A stretch of DNA of 44,715 nt from a virus (lineage: Duplodnaviria > Caudoviricetes), in IMG/VR virus record IMGVR_UViG_3300037755_000740, positions 1 through 44,715 of that record; one strand, written 5' to 3'. The translations under genes and the position numbers were made by a program. Below the pieces are notes generated by a model. It was not told the DNA's origin and ran no database searches. It saw only the letters and a list, made by a program, of their open reading frames with translations. This document shows, piece after piece, positions 25,324-34,687 of the stretch. The stretch's first letter is position 1. Each line of letters opens with the position of its first letter.

Positions 25324-25632
25324 TCAGATCCCCCACGCGTCGACGCTGAACACCACGGTCCCCATGTTGGTCGTCGATGACACCTCGGCCAACACGGCAT
25401 CGGTGGTGGCACCAGACCAACGGGCGAGGATCTCTGACGTCGAGGTGATGTACTCACCGATGTAGCCGACCGTGGGCTGCACAGTCACGGAGTCGATCTT
25501 GTAGAGCCCGAGATCGTTCGCGGTGACGCTCTCGCCACCCGTGAGGTACGACGTGTCGAACGTGACGGCAGTGACGGTATGACGCCGATTGCCGGCGACT
25601 TGGTTCAAGATCCGGGAGAAAGTGGCTGCCAC
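25324..25632 (-). CDS. Capsid-associated / decoration-like structural protein
   Basis: GTG start with GAGG RBS; FDTSYLTGGES motif; Thr/Val-rich. Confidence 0.6.
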   Translation of the reverse strand: MAATFSRILNQVAGNRRHTVTAVTFDTSYLTGGESVTANDLGLYKIDSVTVQPTVGYIGEYITSTSEILARWSGATTDAVLAEVSSTTNMGTVVFSVDAWGI

Positions 25633-25642
25633 ATTGTTGACC

Positions 25643-26464
25643 TCAACTCTGGGGTTCTGGCGGTGTGTCGTGGATGCGGGCATCGTACCCGAGGAGGGTC
25701 GGGCCGGAGTGCATGGACGTTGTGAGGGTCACTGTCTTGCCGGCGTGACCGAGCTGGAGTCCCGTGTAGACGAACGTCGGAATCCCGAGATCCTTGGCCC
25801 TCATCGTGAACGTGTAGTCCTCCCCGATGAGGGTGCCGTCACGGATATCGGTCCCGTACCAGGGTTCCGGAGACCCGTAATGCTCGTACATCTTGAGGAG
25901 CGCCGAGCGGTGAGCCATGAGGCACCCCGCGCCCGTGCCATCGACTTCGACGAGGGTGTCGGCGGGAATGAACCCAGTCCAGGGATGCATCCGATACTTG
26001 CCGGTCGACTTGTCGGCACCCCAGAACAGCATCGTTGGGACGTTGCCTTGCTGCTGAGCCATCATGTACAAGCCGGCGACGATCGGATGGGAGTCGGAAT
26101 CGCCTACCGCGAGGAGCTTCTCGACCGTGTCGCTGGGGAGAACCATGTCCGAGTCGAGGAACAGCATCCAGTCGTGCTCGCCGTCGAGGAACTCTTCGAC
26201 CATCATGTTCCGGTAGATGTTCAGCACCGCGCCCGCGGTCTGGAACGCAACGGAACCGATCGCTGACTTGACCTCTTGGCCCTTGCGCGCGTTCTTCGCA
26301 GCACGACCATGTTCGTACATCACGACATCGAGGAGTGATGCACAGAACTCGTACCGGACGACACCAGGAGAAAGGTTGAAAATCGCTACCCGACCGGATC
26401 CACCCTTGCCGGTGAAGTCCTTCGTGGAGAGAGTGTCGGTGTCAACAACGTCTTGCTGTGGCAC
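25643..26464 (-). CDS. GT-A fold (family 2-like) glycosyltransferase
   Basis: RN..VEEFL, WMLFLDSD (DxD), IVAGLY, VDGTGAGCLM.HR, GEDYTF..RA, LGH. Confidence 0.85.
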   Translation of the reverse strand: MPQQDVVDTDTLSTKDFTGKGGSGRVAIFNLSPGVVRYEFCASLLDVVMYEHGRAAKNARKGQEVKSAIGSVAFQTAGAVLNIYRNMMVEEFLDGEHDWMLFLDSDMVLPSDTVEKLLAVGDSDSHPIVAGLYMMAQQQGNVPTMLFWGADKSTGKYRMHPWTGFIPADTLVEVDGTGAGCLMAHRSALLKMYEHYGSPEPWYGTDIRDGTLIGEDYTFTMRAKDLGIPTFVYTGLQLGHAGKTVTLTTSMHSGPTLLGYDARIHDTPPEPQS

Positions 26465-26476
26465 GTAGACCTGGGC

Positions 26477-26917
26477 CTAGATGTGACCGACGTAGATGAC
26501 TGCAGTCGCGTCACCCGCGGTAGCCGAAGCAAGGGCCGTACCGAAGAACCCTGCCGTCGCGAGTGTGATGCCGTCCGTGACTGCCTGAGTCGCGGCCTTC
26601 ACAGTGCCGGAGACGGTGGCGTCACGGTTCACGATGTTGCCGGCCGTGATCGCCGCGGTGCCCTTCTTCGTGGTCGCGACACCGTACGTGATGACGGTGC
26701 AGACCTCACCGATAGCCGCGGTCTCGGTTGCGACACCGATCGCGATGTTCGCGGCCGTGTCGCTGAGGCACCGGATCCCGTAACCCGCTGAGGTGGAGAG
26801 CGCCACCACTTCGTTCGCGGAGACGGCAGTCGCCATCACGAGGTCATCGGTCTTGACCGACTGGGTTCCGGTCTGCCCAAGGAGGCCGGCCGGGTTGGTG
26901 ATCTGGGAAGCAGGCAT
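26477..26917 (-). CDS. Capsid cement/decoration protein (DUF2190-like)
   Basis: Follows MCP; AIGVA..AAIGE..VITYG...AITAG, G.ALASA; GGAGG RBS. Confidence 0.7.
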   Translation of the reverse strand: MPASQITNPAGLLGQTGTQSVKTDDLVMATAVSANEVVALSTSAGYGIRCLSDTAANIAIGVATETAAIGEVCTVITYGVATTKKGTAAITAGNIVNRDATVSGTVKAATQAVTDGITLATAGFFGTALASATAGDATAVIYVGHI

Positions 26918-26929
26918 TCAGTGGTCCTC

Positions 26930-27901
26930 CTACGAGCTGATGTTCGAGAGCTTGCCCTGGCCGGCACAGTTGTCGACGATGAGGTTGCCAGCCCAGAGCA
27001 TCTTGGCGACCATCGCATCCTGGTTGACCGGGGTCTGGAAGTCCTCGAGCACGAAGTCCGCCCGGTTCGACACCGCGAACTTGATGTAGTCCTCGTTGAG
27101 GAAAACGATCGCGGAGTTGGACGAGTTCGGACCGTCGAAGACGTTGTGGTCCTGCACCCACGGCACGTTGTTGAACATGAGGTTCGTGAACCCCGCCGAC
27201 GCGAGCTGCTCGTCATGACCCATCGCCTGAACCGGGAACCGCTGCTGGCTGGTGTTGAGGTTCCAGTACCGGTTGTACTGCTCCTTACGGGATGCGATGA
27301 GCGTCGTGTGCCGGCCACCGGACTGGCAGTTCGAGTGCATCGATTGCAGGACAGGGAGCGTGAGAGCCGCGGAAGTCGAATCGTCCTGCGCGTTCCACCA
27401 CGTGTTCGACGCACGAGCCAAACCGGCGTACGTGGACGCGACACCTCCGTCATCGACTGCCATCTCGAGGCCGTCGATGTCCTTGGTGTTCGTGCCCCGT
27501 GACCAGACCCCAGTACCAAGATTCTGCGCCATCTCCATCTCGGCCTGCGCGAAGTACTGCGTGATGTAGTTCGCGATGGACTGAGGGGAGTCGGTCTTGA
27601 TGAGGGTGAGTCCGTCGACGACGACGAGGACCGCGTACTGCTTCCAGTCCCAGGCACCGTTCTTGATGGTGTCCTGCGGGACCGTGGGAAGTACATCGAA
27701 CCCGGAGTACGAGCCACCGGTAGTGAAGCGGCTGTACATCAACGGCACTTCGATCTGCGTACCACCCGTGATGATCTTCTTGTTCGCCGCGTTGAGGCGG
27801 AAGAACACGGGGTTGTCACCGTAGATCTGGTCGACGATCTGCGGCATGATGTACCGCCGCGCGATCGAGGTGACCGTGTTGGTGCCGATGGGAGTCGCGA
27901 T
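26930..27901 (-). CDS. Major capsid protein (HK97 fold); probable non-canonical ATC start
   Basis: IVDQIY..NP, GG..I.VPL, YSGFDVL, W.WKQ, F.NLMFNNVP, FLNEDY, GNL...N; GGAGGT 7 nt before ATC at 27901; first ATG at 27847. Confidence 0.85.
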   Translation of the reverse strand: MATPIGTNTVTSIARRYIMPQIVDQIYGDNPVFFRLNAANKKIITGGTQIEVPLMYSRFTTGGSYSGFDVLPTVPQDTIKNGAWDWKQYAVLVVVDGLTLIKTDSPQSIANYITQYFAQAEMEMAQNLGTGVWSRGTNTKDIDGLEMAVDDGGVASTYAGLARASNTWWNAQDDSTSAALTLPVLQSMHSNCQSGGRHTTLIASRKEQYNRYWNLNTSQQRFPVQAMGHDEQLASAGFTNLMFNNVPWVQDHNVFDGPNSSNSAIVFLNEDYIKFAVSNRADFVLEDFQTPVNQDAMVAKMLWAGNLIVDNCAGQGKLSNISS

Positions 27902-27950
27902 CGTGATGACCTCCGTTGCGCCCCAGGACTACCGGGACGATCCTGCTCTC

Positions 27951-29105
27951 TTACGACTCTTGCCCGCCATTCAAAGCACTGGCGATTTCCGAGACCATAG
28001 CTTGGTCCATCTCGGCCTTCGTGGATGGTTGCCGCACCCTTCGTGATACGGACCCACCGGCCCCACCGAGAGACCCGGCCTTACGCTTCTTGGCCGAGGA
28101 CTCCTTGGCGTCCTTGCGAAACTTCTCGGCCTCGGCCAAGGCGAGACGTTGAATCTCCTGATTGCGGAGCTCGGAGTCGTTCTGCAGAGCGAATTCGAGG
28201 GCAGCTTCGGTCGCGCGGGGGATGTCACCACGAGTCTGCTGAGCGAAAAGAGGGAGCCAGCCGTTGTCGAAGATGGCCTGTTGCAGTCGGGCACCAGTGG
28301 CCGGGTCGAGCTCCTTCTTCGCGATGTAGCCCTCGTACGTGGAACGGATGATGTCAGCATCACGTTCGGCCTTCGTAGTGGCCTGAGCCGACTCAAACTG
28401 AGCAAGACGAGTTTTGAGGTCAGCGACTTCTGCAGCAACAACGGGGTCGAGAGGCTCGTAATCGTCGTCCGTGGAGACCGCGGAAGTCGCTGATCCGGAG
28501 GCAGAGGCTGGAGTCTGGGCTACCCCCGGATCAGCGACAGGAACGAGTTGGAATTGGCCTGAGAACAGGTCGTTGATCGCGGCAATGTTCTCCGGGGCGA
28601 GGGAACTCACCCACGCGTTGGCGCGCTGCAGATCAACGAACTCAGATGGCGTGAACTCACGCTCACCGACACGGATGGACGACTGGGGAACGAGGATGCC
28701 ATCGTCACCGGAAGTAGCGGCGATGGCCGGCGTGGTTACCTCTTCTTCTGCTCCTGTGCCTGCTCCGCTTTCGCCCTCTCCGTCTCCGCTCTCGTCGGCC
28801 GACGCGTCTGCTTCATCATCTGCTTGCGCGTCTTCCGCGGCATCGTCCGTTGACTCCTCGTCGGTGTGGTCTTCCTGCGCGTCGGAGACTGCCCCCTCGA
28901 CGTCATCATCGGACTCTTCGGTCTCATCGTCACTCGCCTCGAGCTTGGCGTTGTGCTCGTTCGCGTCGACTTCATTGACGACCTGGCCGGGCATCGTGAC
29001 CTTGCCCTGCTCGAACAGCTCGACGAACTCGCGCTCGATCTCGCTCATACCTTCCGAAACGAGAGAACGGGTGTCGTCAGTATCAGCAGTATCAGTCGTT
29101 GCCAC
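27951..29105 (-). CDS. Capsid scaffolding protein
   Basis: Very acidic N-half, coiled-coil C-half, directly upstream of MCP. Confidence 0.7.
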   Translation of the reverse strand: MATTDTADTDDTRSLVSEGMSEIEREFVELFEQGKVTMPGQVVNEVDANEHNAKLEASDDETEESDDDVEGAVSDAQEDHTDEESTDDAAEDAQADDEADASADESGDGEGESGAGTGAEEEVTTPAIAATSGDDGILVPQSSIRVGEREFTPSEFVDLQRANAWVSSLAPENIAAINDLFSGQFQLVPVADPGVAQTPASASGSATSAVSTDDDYEPLDPVVAAEVADLKTRLAQFESAQATTKAERDADIIRSTYEGYIAKKELDPATGARLQQAIFDNGWLPLFAQQTRGDIPRATEAALEFALQNDSELRNQEIQRLALAEAEKFRKDAKESSAKKRKAGSLGGAGGSVSRRVRQPSTKAEMDQAMVSEIASALNGGQES

Positions 29106-29116
29106 GGTTCAGTCAC

Positions 29117-29467
29117 TCATCCAATCGAGCGGCGAAGCTCAGAGACCATGTTCTCAGTCGGAATGCCAGGCGTGAGACCAGCGGGAACTTGCTGACCCAT
29201 CGGCGGTCCACCCATCGGCATCCCACCACCCATCTCTCCACCCATCATCGCGTCAGGCGCCATCGGGGAACCTTCACCGGTGGGAACGCCGGCTTCCTCG
29301 AGTGGCGCGCGCACGTACTGCAAGATCTGAGTCTCGAGGTCGACGAGGAACGGGAGGTCACGTTCCATGCTGATGTCCGGGGAGGCTTTCGCGTCACCGA
29401 TGAGATGCATCATCTTGGGGATGAACTCTTGCATCGTGTTCGTCGAGCGTGACGATCCAAGTGCCAT
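29117..29467 (-). CDS. Hypothetical head-region protein (Met/Pro/Gly-rich C-terminus)
   Basis: AGGA RBS; high GC3. Confidence 0.65.
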   Translation of the reverse strand: MALGSSRSTNTMQEFIPKMMHLIGDAKASPDISMERDLPFLVDLETQILQYVRAPLEEAGVPTGEGSPMAPDAMMGGEMGGGMPMGGPPMGQQVPAGLTPGIPTENMVSELRRSIG

Positions 29468-29475
29468 GAGGAGTC

Positions 29476-29859
29476 CTAAATCCAGACGATCTGACAGGTC
29501 GTTGCCGTGGTGTCGACGGCGATACCGAACGAAGCAGGTGGTAAAGCGGGAAACCCGAGGATGAACGGCGCAGTGAGCGACATCGGAATGCCCGTGTCCT
29601 CCGTGACGCCCTTGAGGGTCATCGAAGAGGTGTTCCCCGTCTTCGGAATGATGACCGCTGCTTTCGGTGTCACCCCCGCAAGGATCGGAGTGGCAGTGGA
29701 GATCGGAACGGTGACCGTGTTGAACCCCGCGGAGAGCGCGTAGTCGGCCGTGTTGCCGTTCGCGTTCGCGGACGTGATGGTCAGTGGCCCGACAGTCTTG
29801 TCACCAGACGGAAGGTTGTTGATCTCCGCGTAGATGGTGAGCTCGGCGTCAGCAGCCAC
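29476..29859 (-). CDS. Beta-rich structural protein
   Basis: Thr/Ala/Pro-rich; TLKGVTEDTGIP motif. Confidence 0.65.
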   Translation of the reverse strand: MAADAELTIYAEINNLPSGDKTVGPLTITSANANGNTADYALSAGFNTVTVPISTATPILAGVTPKAAVIIPKTGNTSSMTLKGVTEDTGIPMSLTAPFILGFPALPPASFGIAVDTTATTCQIVWI

Positions 29860-29895
29860 GTTTGACGATCCGTTTCTCTATGGGGTCTGGCCGGG

Positions 29896-30033
29896 CTACT
29901 TCGCGTTGAGGTCGCGGATCGACCGCTTGACCTTGCCCTTGAAGTTCGGGTCGTCGCCGTACACGCCCGAGGCGGTCTGGCCCTTGCGGACGATCGGGGC
30001 GTTGCCGGTCTTGTTAGTGATTCCCTTGGGCAT
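29896..30033 (-). CDS. Small basic protein, 45 aa
   Basis: AAGGAG RBS, high GC3; MPKGITNKTGNAPIVRKGQTASGVYGDDPNFKGKVKRSIRDLNAK; below the ORF-track cutoff. Confidence 0.75.
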   Translation of the reverse strand: MPKGITNKTGNAPIVRKGQTASGVYGDDPNFKGKVKRSIRDLNAK

Positions 30034-30069
30034 CTGGGACTCCTTGAGTGCCTGGTGGGTGATGGGGGG

Positions 30070-30097
30070 AGAATAGCGCGCGCGGGAGGATAGGCAA
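30070..30097 (-). promoter_or_regulatory. Candidate promoter for the head gene block
   Basis: TTGCCT-16 nt-TATTCT in the gap upstream of the small basic protein. Confidence 0.4.
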
Positions 30098-30105
30098 GGG
30101 ACGGG

Positions 30106-31449
30106 TCAAAGGTAGACGTCTGTGCCACCTGGAGCGGCAGGGTTGATCACACCACCCACTTCGACGATCAACTTGTTGCCGGCACCGTTGGATTGGATGA
30201 GGGTCGTGACGTTCAGCCCCGACGTGGTCACCACGTTTGCTCCCCCCGTAACGTCCGTCCCGAGGGTGTAGTTGTTGCAGACCACCGTGCCCGAGTTGTG
30301 GTCACCAGAGATGGTGAGACCAGGACCAGCAGGGGTTGAACCAAGTCCGCGGTCGCCTTCCATCATCACATCGAAGACGAAACCATCCCCCGCGATGGTC
30401 ATCAAGTACGCGGTACCGGTGATGCTGCCGCGGTTGTTCGCGCCTGTACCGGAGAACGTGACGGTGGAGCCCCACAGGTTCGACGCGTAGTGGACGTTCC
30501 GACAGGACTCAAACGTGACCGTGATCGGACCTGAAAGTGTCGGCCCGAACACCACTTCAGCAGCACAGAGGTTCCCGACAAACTCGATCTCCGACCAACC
30601 GGAGAACACATAGGTACCCCCGTTGAACACGTTGTCGTTGAAGATCCCGTACTCACCCGTGGAGGTGCCCGGGTTGTTGAGCGTCGCGGTCCCTGACCCC
30701 ATGTTGATCTGGCATTGTTCAATTCTAGAGCCACGAAGCGAATACGACCCCGACGCCAAACCGAGATTGCAATCAATGACGTTGAAGAACGAGATACCCG
30801 CGCTGATGTTTACGCTGCTATGTCTCGCGATGACCCCGTTCACACCAGAACTGATGATGTTGTCGACGTAGGTGTTGAAAAGCCGCACGTTCAGACTCGT
30901 AGCACCACCCCATGTCGTTGCCGCGGGAGCAAAGAACAGGTTTTGCATGTTCAGATTCGCACCCGATGACGACGTCGCCCATGTCGCTCCAGACACGTCC
31001 CATCGCACGAGATTCCCACCTTGGTACACATCACCCGACCCAGCACCAAAGATCGTGATGTCCTTCGTCCCGAACGCGACCGGACCGGCATCGGAATACG
31101 TAGTACCTGTGTCCTTGACCCAGATGTAGCCCTGCCCACCTGCAGCAACAGAATCGATCGCGTCCTTGATCGACGTGAAATCTGCCGGGGAACCGTCATT
31201 CGCCACGACGATGAACGGTACGTTGATGTCGATTGGGAAGTTGCGATCGGCCCATCGTTCGATGGTGAGGAAAGCTTCGCGATAGTCGTTCTTCTGGAAC
31301 TGCGCGCGATCGTCGAGTACGCGCGCGATCGACTGTGCTTGTGCCTCACTGAACCCACCGAAGCGTGTGAGCTCGTGAACGGTGTCCACAGTGTCGGATG
31401 GCTGTTCAGGCCGATACTTCCGCCAGATGTGAAGTTTCTCGTCGGCCAT
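30106..31449 (-). CDS. Tail spike / receptor-binding protein with beta-helix
   Basis: VVANDGS.ADFTSIKDAID pectin-lyase-like cap followed by Asn/Gly/Thr beta-helix repeats. Confidence 0.75.
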   Translation of the reverse strand: MADEKLHIWRKYRPEQPSDTVDTVHELTRFGGFSEAQAQSIARVLDDRAQFQKNDYREAFLTIERWADRNFPIDINVPFIVVANDGSPADFTSIKDAIDSVAAGGQGYIWVKDTGTTYSDAGPVAFGTKDITIFGAGSGDVYQGGNLVRWDVSGATWATSSSGANLNMQNLFFAPAATTWGGATSLNVRLFNTYVDNIISSGVNGVIARHSSVNISAGISFFNVIDCNLGLASGSYSLRGSRIEQCQINMGSGTATLNNPGTSTGEYGIFNDNVFNGGTYVFSGWSEIEFVGNLCAAEVVFGPTLSGPITVTFESCRNVHYASNLWGSTVTFSGTGANNRGSITGTAYLMTIAGDGFVFDVMMEGDRGLGSTPAGPGLTISGDHNSGTVVCNNYTLGTDVTGGANVVTTSGLNVTTLIQSNGAGNKLIVEVGGVINPAAPGGTDVYL

Positions 31450-33110
31450 CAGACTGAAGGGTTGGCTTCGTTGGGAAGGGAAGTGGTGCTGTGGTATCCG
31501 ATTCGTACCTCATGAACGATCGGCGCGGGGTTAGCACCACCGTCTGCTTCTATGTGGACTTGAACATGTGAGGCGTTCAGAGTGGTGGATTGACGTTGCA
31601 TGTCGAGGTACGTAGTGCTACCGAGCGTGAAGACGGCCGGGTCGGACAGCACGCCGGACAGTCCTTTGAGTGTGACGGTGACAGTTGACGCGGCCGCTCC
31701 TTCCGCGACAACGACGATGTGACGAACCTCAATGTCCTGCTGCGTGGTCTGAGGGAGAGGCTGCGACTGCCACGAGTAGTCGCGCGCGGGGGAGGTGAAG
31801 TCGTAGAAGAAGAGGTACGGGGTAGTGGCGTCTTCCATGTAGACCGGCGTACCGAACACGCCGGCTACTTGCACGGCATTGCACCAGTGGAGGATCGCGC
31901 GGTCTGTCGGGTCGTCGATTCGCCACCATGACTTCTGACGCCAATCGTACACCCAGTTGTTCGCCGCGAAAATCCATTCGCGCGCGGACTCGAATCGGCC
32001 GAGATGACCACCATTGAAGATGTCCTGGCCGGTCATGCCGGTGAGCATGTCCTGGTTGAGGTTCGGGGAGAGAAGCTGCGATTCTTCACCACCGGCCCAC
32101 ACCCAGACTCCACCGTTGACCACCCCGTACACCGCACCAATCGGCGCGGAAACCGCGGTCTGCGTCGCTCCTCCCGCGCCCGTAACACCAGGAAGGCGGA
32201 GGACCGTCGGGTCTGAGATGTCACCACGGATCACGAACCCACCATTGCGTCGCTTCACGATGAAGAGCTCATTCGCGGTCATGGAGAGCGCGACGGCGAT
32301 ACCGGTGGGGTCTTCCTGACCAAACGTGTCGGCGGTGGTGTTCTGAAGGGTGAGGAGGTTCGAGTTCGTGTACCACGACTGCTCGTTGACCGTCCAGACG
32401 ATCGCCGCCCCACCGTTCCCGTACGCGACCGCGTCGTAGCCGATAGACCGGCCCTGATGGGAAACGGTTGGCTCAACGTCAAGGGTGGTAGAGATGTCGG
32501 TCTTGCCGAGGGTGGTAGCCGAAGCCGGCGGTGGGAACATGAACCACCACTTCGCCGTCGCACCCGCACCCGAGAACCACGACACCACTGCACCCGGCAC
32601 ACCCGCGTCAGTAGCAGTACCTGATGCGGCTGAACGATACGAATGCATGAACGACGCGCGGCGGATCGCGGCGATGTCAGTGTCGGTCGTAACCGAGTTG
32701 ACGACCTCGACGGTAGGTGACGCTTCCCACATGCGAACCCGGTAGAGGATCGCCTTGCGACGAGACGAGGTCGTGTTGATCCACTCGAGATGAACGAGCA
32801 CGTTGGAGGGATCGAGGCCACCGAGTGTCGAACCAAGTACTGGCCCTTGCGCGAGAAGCCCAGTGATCGTGTACCGGCCGCCTGACACCTGCGCGTGCGT
32901 GTCGGGCTCGGCCATCGTGAACGAGTTGGTCATCCGTGGAAGCGGACCGAGGCCACCTTCAGGAAGTGAGATGCACCGGTAGGTGTTCTCCGATGTCGCT
33001 GCACCTTGAGGGAACGGCGCGACTGTCGACCCTTGGTACAGCGTCCGATCCATGATCCCGGGACGGAAGTCCTGAAGCGTGATCCATTGAAGATCGTCCC
33101 CACGTGCCAT
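31449..33110 (-). CDS. Tail nozzle / tail tubular protein B-like (P22 gp10-like)
   Basis: About 550 aa, beta-rich; DFRPG N-terminus, ELFIVK..G, WVYD...SWW; typical podovirus tail hub. Confidence 0.65.
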   Translation of the reverse strand: MARGDDLQWITLQDFRPGIMDRTLYQGSTVAPFPQGAATSENTYRCISLPEGGLGPLPRMTNSFTMAEPDTHAQVSGGRYTITGLLAQGPVLGSTLGGLDPSNVLVHLEWINTTSSRRKAILYRVRMWEASPTVEVVNSVTTDTDIAAIRRASFMHSYRSAASGTATDAGVPGAVVSWFSGAGATAKWWFMFPPPASATTLGKTDISTTLDVEPTVSHQGRSIGYDAVAYGNGGAAIVWTVNEQSWYTNSNLLTLQNTTADTFGQEDPTGIAVALSMTANELFIVKRRNGGFVIRGDISDPTVLRLPGVTGAGGATQTAVSAPIGAVYGVVNGGVWVWAGGEESQLLSPNLNQDMLTGMTGQDIFNGGHLGRFESAREWIFAANNWVYDWRQKSWWRIDDPTDRAILHWCNAVQVAGVFGTPVYMEDATTPYLFFYDFTSPARDYSWQSQPLPQTTQQDIEVRHIVVVAEGAAASTVTVTLKGLSGVLSDPAVFTLGSTTYLDMQRQSTTLNASHVQVHIEADGGANPAPIVHEVRIGYHSTTSLPNEANPSV

Positions 33111-33126
33111 GCGAGGAGACTACCGG

Positions 33127-33390
33127 CTACTCGTCCCTGCCGAACGCTTGATCGCGGGCATGACGTAGTTCGCGGATCAACTGATTGATCTGGTGCCTGC
33201 TGTTCAGGTTGCCCCACTGGGAGGCTGCAGATTCCTCATCGACTTCCTCGATGGAATCGGAACCGACTCCCGCTCCAACCTGGACGAGACAGTCGTCTCG
33301 ACCCCAACGCAGTGCAATCCAACGAGGCGGTCCGGGGTCCCCTCCGTCGAGCATCACGCCTTGATCTTCGAACACTCGGAACTTGGGCAT
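33127..33390 (-). CDS. Hypothetical phage protein
   Basis: AAGGAGG RBS; INQLIRELRHARDQAFGRDE C-terminus recalled from actinophage proteins. Confidence 0.75.
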   Translation of the reverse strand: MPKFRVFEDQGVMLDGGDPGPPRWIALRWGRDDCLVQVGAGVGSDSIEEVDEESAASQWGNLNSRHQINQLIRELRHARDQAFGRDE

Positions 33391-33438
33391 CACGCCCTCC
33401 TTCCCCATCACGGGGTGTCGCGGATGTTGTTCTGACAG

Positions 33439-33678
33439 CTAGATCTGGGTGGCCTGGTCGCCCGACTCGACAGGGATCGTGTAGCCGATGCCGTTCGGGG
33501 ACGTAGCGTTCTGGCCGCACACATCATCGGTGTAGCCGTTGCCGTCCTCACCGTCTTCCTCATCCCAGGGCGAGTGACCGTCGATACGACGAACGATGGT
33601 GAAGTCATCCGATCCACCCGTGTACCGGGGAGGCATCGGGTAGGGAGAATGGTCACCGAGCCGGTTGTTCCTTGCCAT
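33439..33678 (-). CDS. Small acidic hypothetical protein
   Basis: GGGAG RBS; high GC3. Confidence 0.6.
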   Translation of the reverse strand: MARNNRLGDHSPYPMPPRYTGGSDDFTIVRRIDGHSPWDEEDGEDGNGYTDDVCGQNATSPNGIGYTIPVESGDQATQI

Positions 33679-33689
33679 GTGAGAGCTCC

Positions 33690-34493
33690 CTAGCTAAGAG
33701 GGGTGTTGAGCCACGCCTGTCCATCGTAGGCCACGACGTACTGCTTCCTGTCGATGCCAACATAGACGACCCGGAACTCGGTATCCGCGTAGACGTTGAG
33801 GACGGTGGAGGCAACAGGCACCGCAACGGAACCTTTCCGCATCGTCTGTGAACCCACGACATCGGAGCTTCCCGGCTGAGTATGGACCAGCTTGCCGTCA
33901 GCGGGGTTCAGCCAGACAGTGTGGAGGCTGGATTTGAGGAGGGCAGTACCGCCGTCGGCCATGTCGAGAACTCCTTTGGAAGAGGAAGGAAGGGAAGGGA
34001 TAGAGGGGGTGCCAGCGACGACATCCCAGTCACGTGGATTCCAGTAGTCGTAGTGGCGGAATTTGGGTTCACACGCGATGAACGCATGGTCGATGAAGCC
34101 GGCCCAACGCGCGACACGTTCATTGCCGGTGTAGCGATTCTTCGAGATGCCTTCGGTGATAAGCCAGTTGACGATCCGCGCGCACGCGGTGAGCTGCCAA
34201 GAAGTGAACGGCTCACCGTTCTGACCGGAGACCTCTATGCCGAGCGCCCATGAGTTCGCGCCCGCGGCATGATTCGCGGTAACGTTGTTCGGGACGAGTT
34301 GAGCCCACTGGCCCTCGTTCTTGCCGACAAGGTAATGACACGAAGGGACACGTGTACGCGTGAGAACGGAGAGATCACCAGCCCATTGACCGATCGTGCG
34401 ATGCGTGACCGCGCCGATGGGAGTGAGAGGAATCGCCGGGTTGAGGATCGCCGTGTTCGGGGAACGTGGGATTCCCGGCATCCACTGATCCAT
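33690..34493 (-). CDS. Endolysin, N-acetylmuramoyl-L-alanine amidase (Amidase_2) with C-terminal domain
   Basis: VTHRT, HYLV, NHAAGAN..ALGIEV, DH...HYD Zn-ligand pattern; Pro/Ser linker. Confidence 0.85.
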   Translation of the reverse strand: MDQWMPGIPRSPNTAILNPAIPLTPIGAVTHRTIGQWAGDLSVLTRTRVPSCHYLVGKNEGQWAQLVPNNVTANHAAGANSWALGIEVSGQNGEPFTSWQLTACARIVNWLITEGISKNRYTGNERVARWAGFIDHAFIACEPKFRHYDYWNPRDWDVVAGTPSIPSLPSSSKGVLDMADGGTALLKSSLHTVWLNPADGKLVHTQPGSSDVVGSQTMRKGSVAVPVASTVLNVYADTEFRVVYVGIDRKQYVVAYDGQAWLNTPLS

Positions 34494-34502
34494 GCGCGAA
34501 AA

Positions 34503-34685
34503 CTACTCTTCGCGGCGACGGAAGACCACAGGGCCGGCAACATCAGGCCATGGGATCAACGCGACGACCGTGAAGAACAGACCGGCCGAGATCTGGTTGA
34601 ACCAGTCCATATCGAAGAGGAATGTCTCGAACGCCGCGAGCGCGAAGAGCACCGCCGCGATGACGAGAAGGATGAGTCGAATCAT
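34503..34685 (-). CDS. Two-TM membrane protein (possible second holin or antiholin)
   Basis: AGGAG RBS; MIRLILLVIAAVLFALAAF...AGLFFTVVALIP; directly upstream of endolysin. Confidence 0.65.
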   Translation of the reverse strand: MIRLILLVIAAVLFALAAFETFLFDMDWFNQISAGLFFTVVALIPWPDVAGPVVFRRREE

Positions 34686-34687
34686 GT

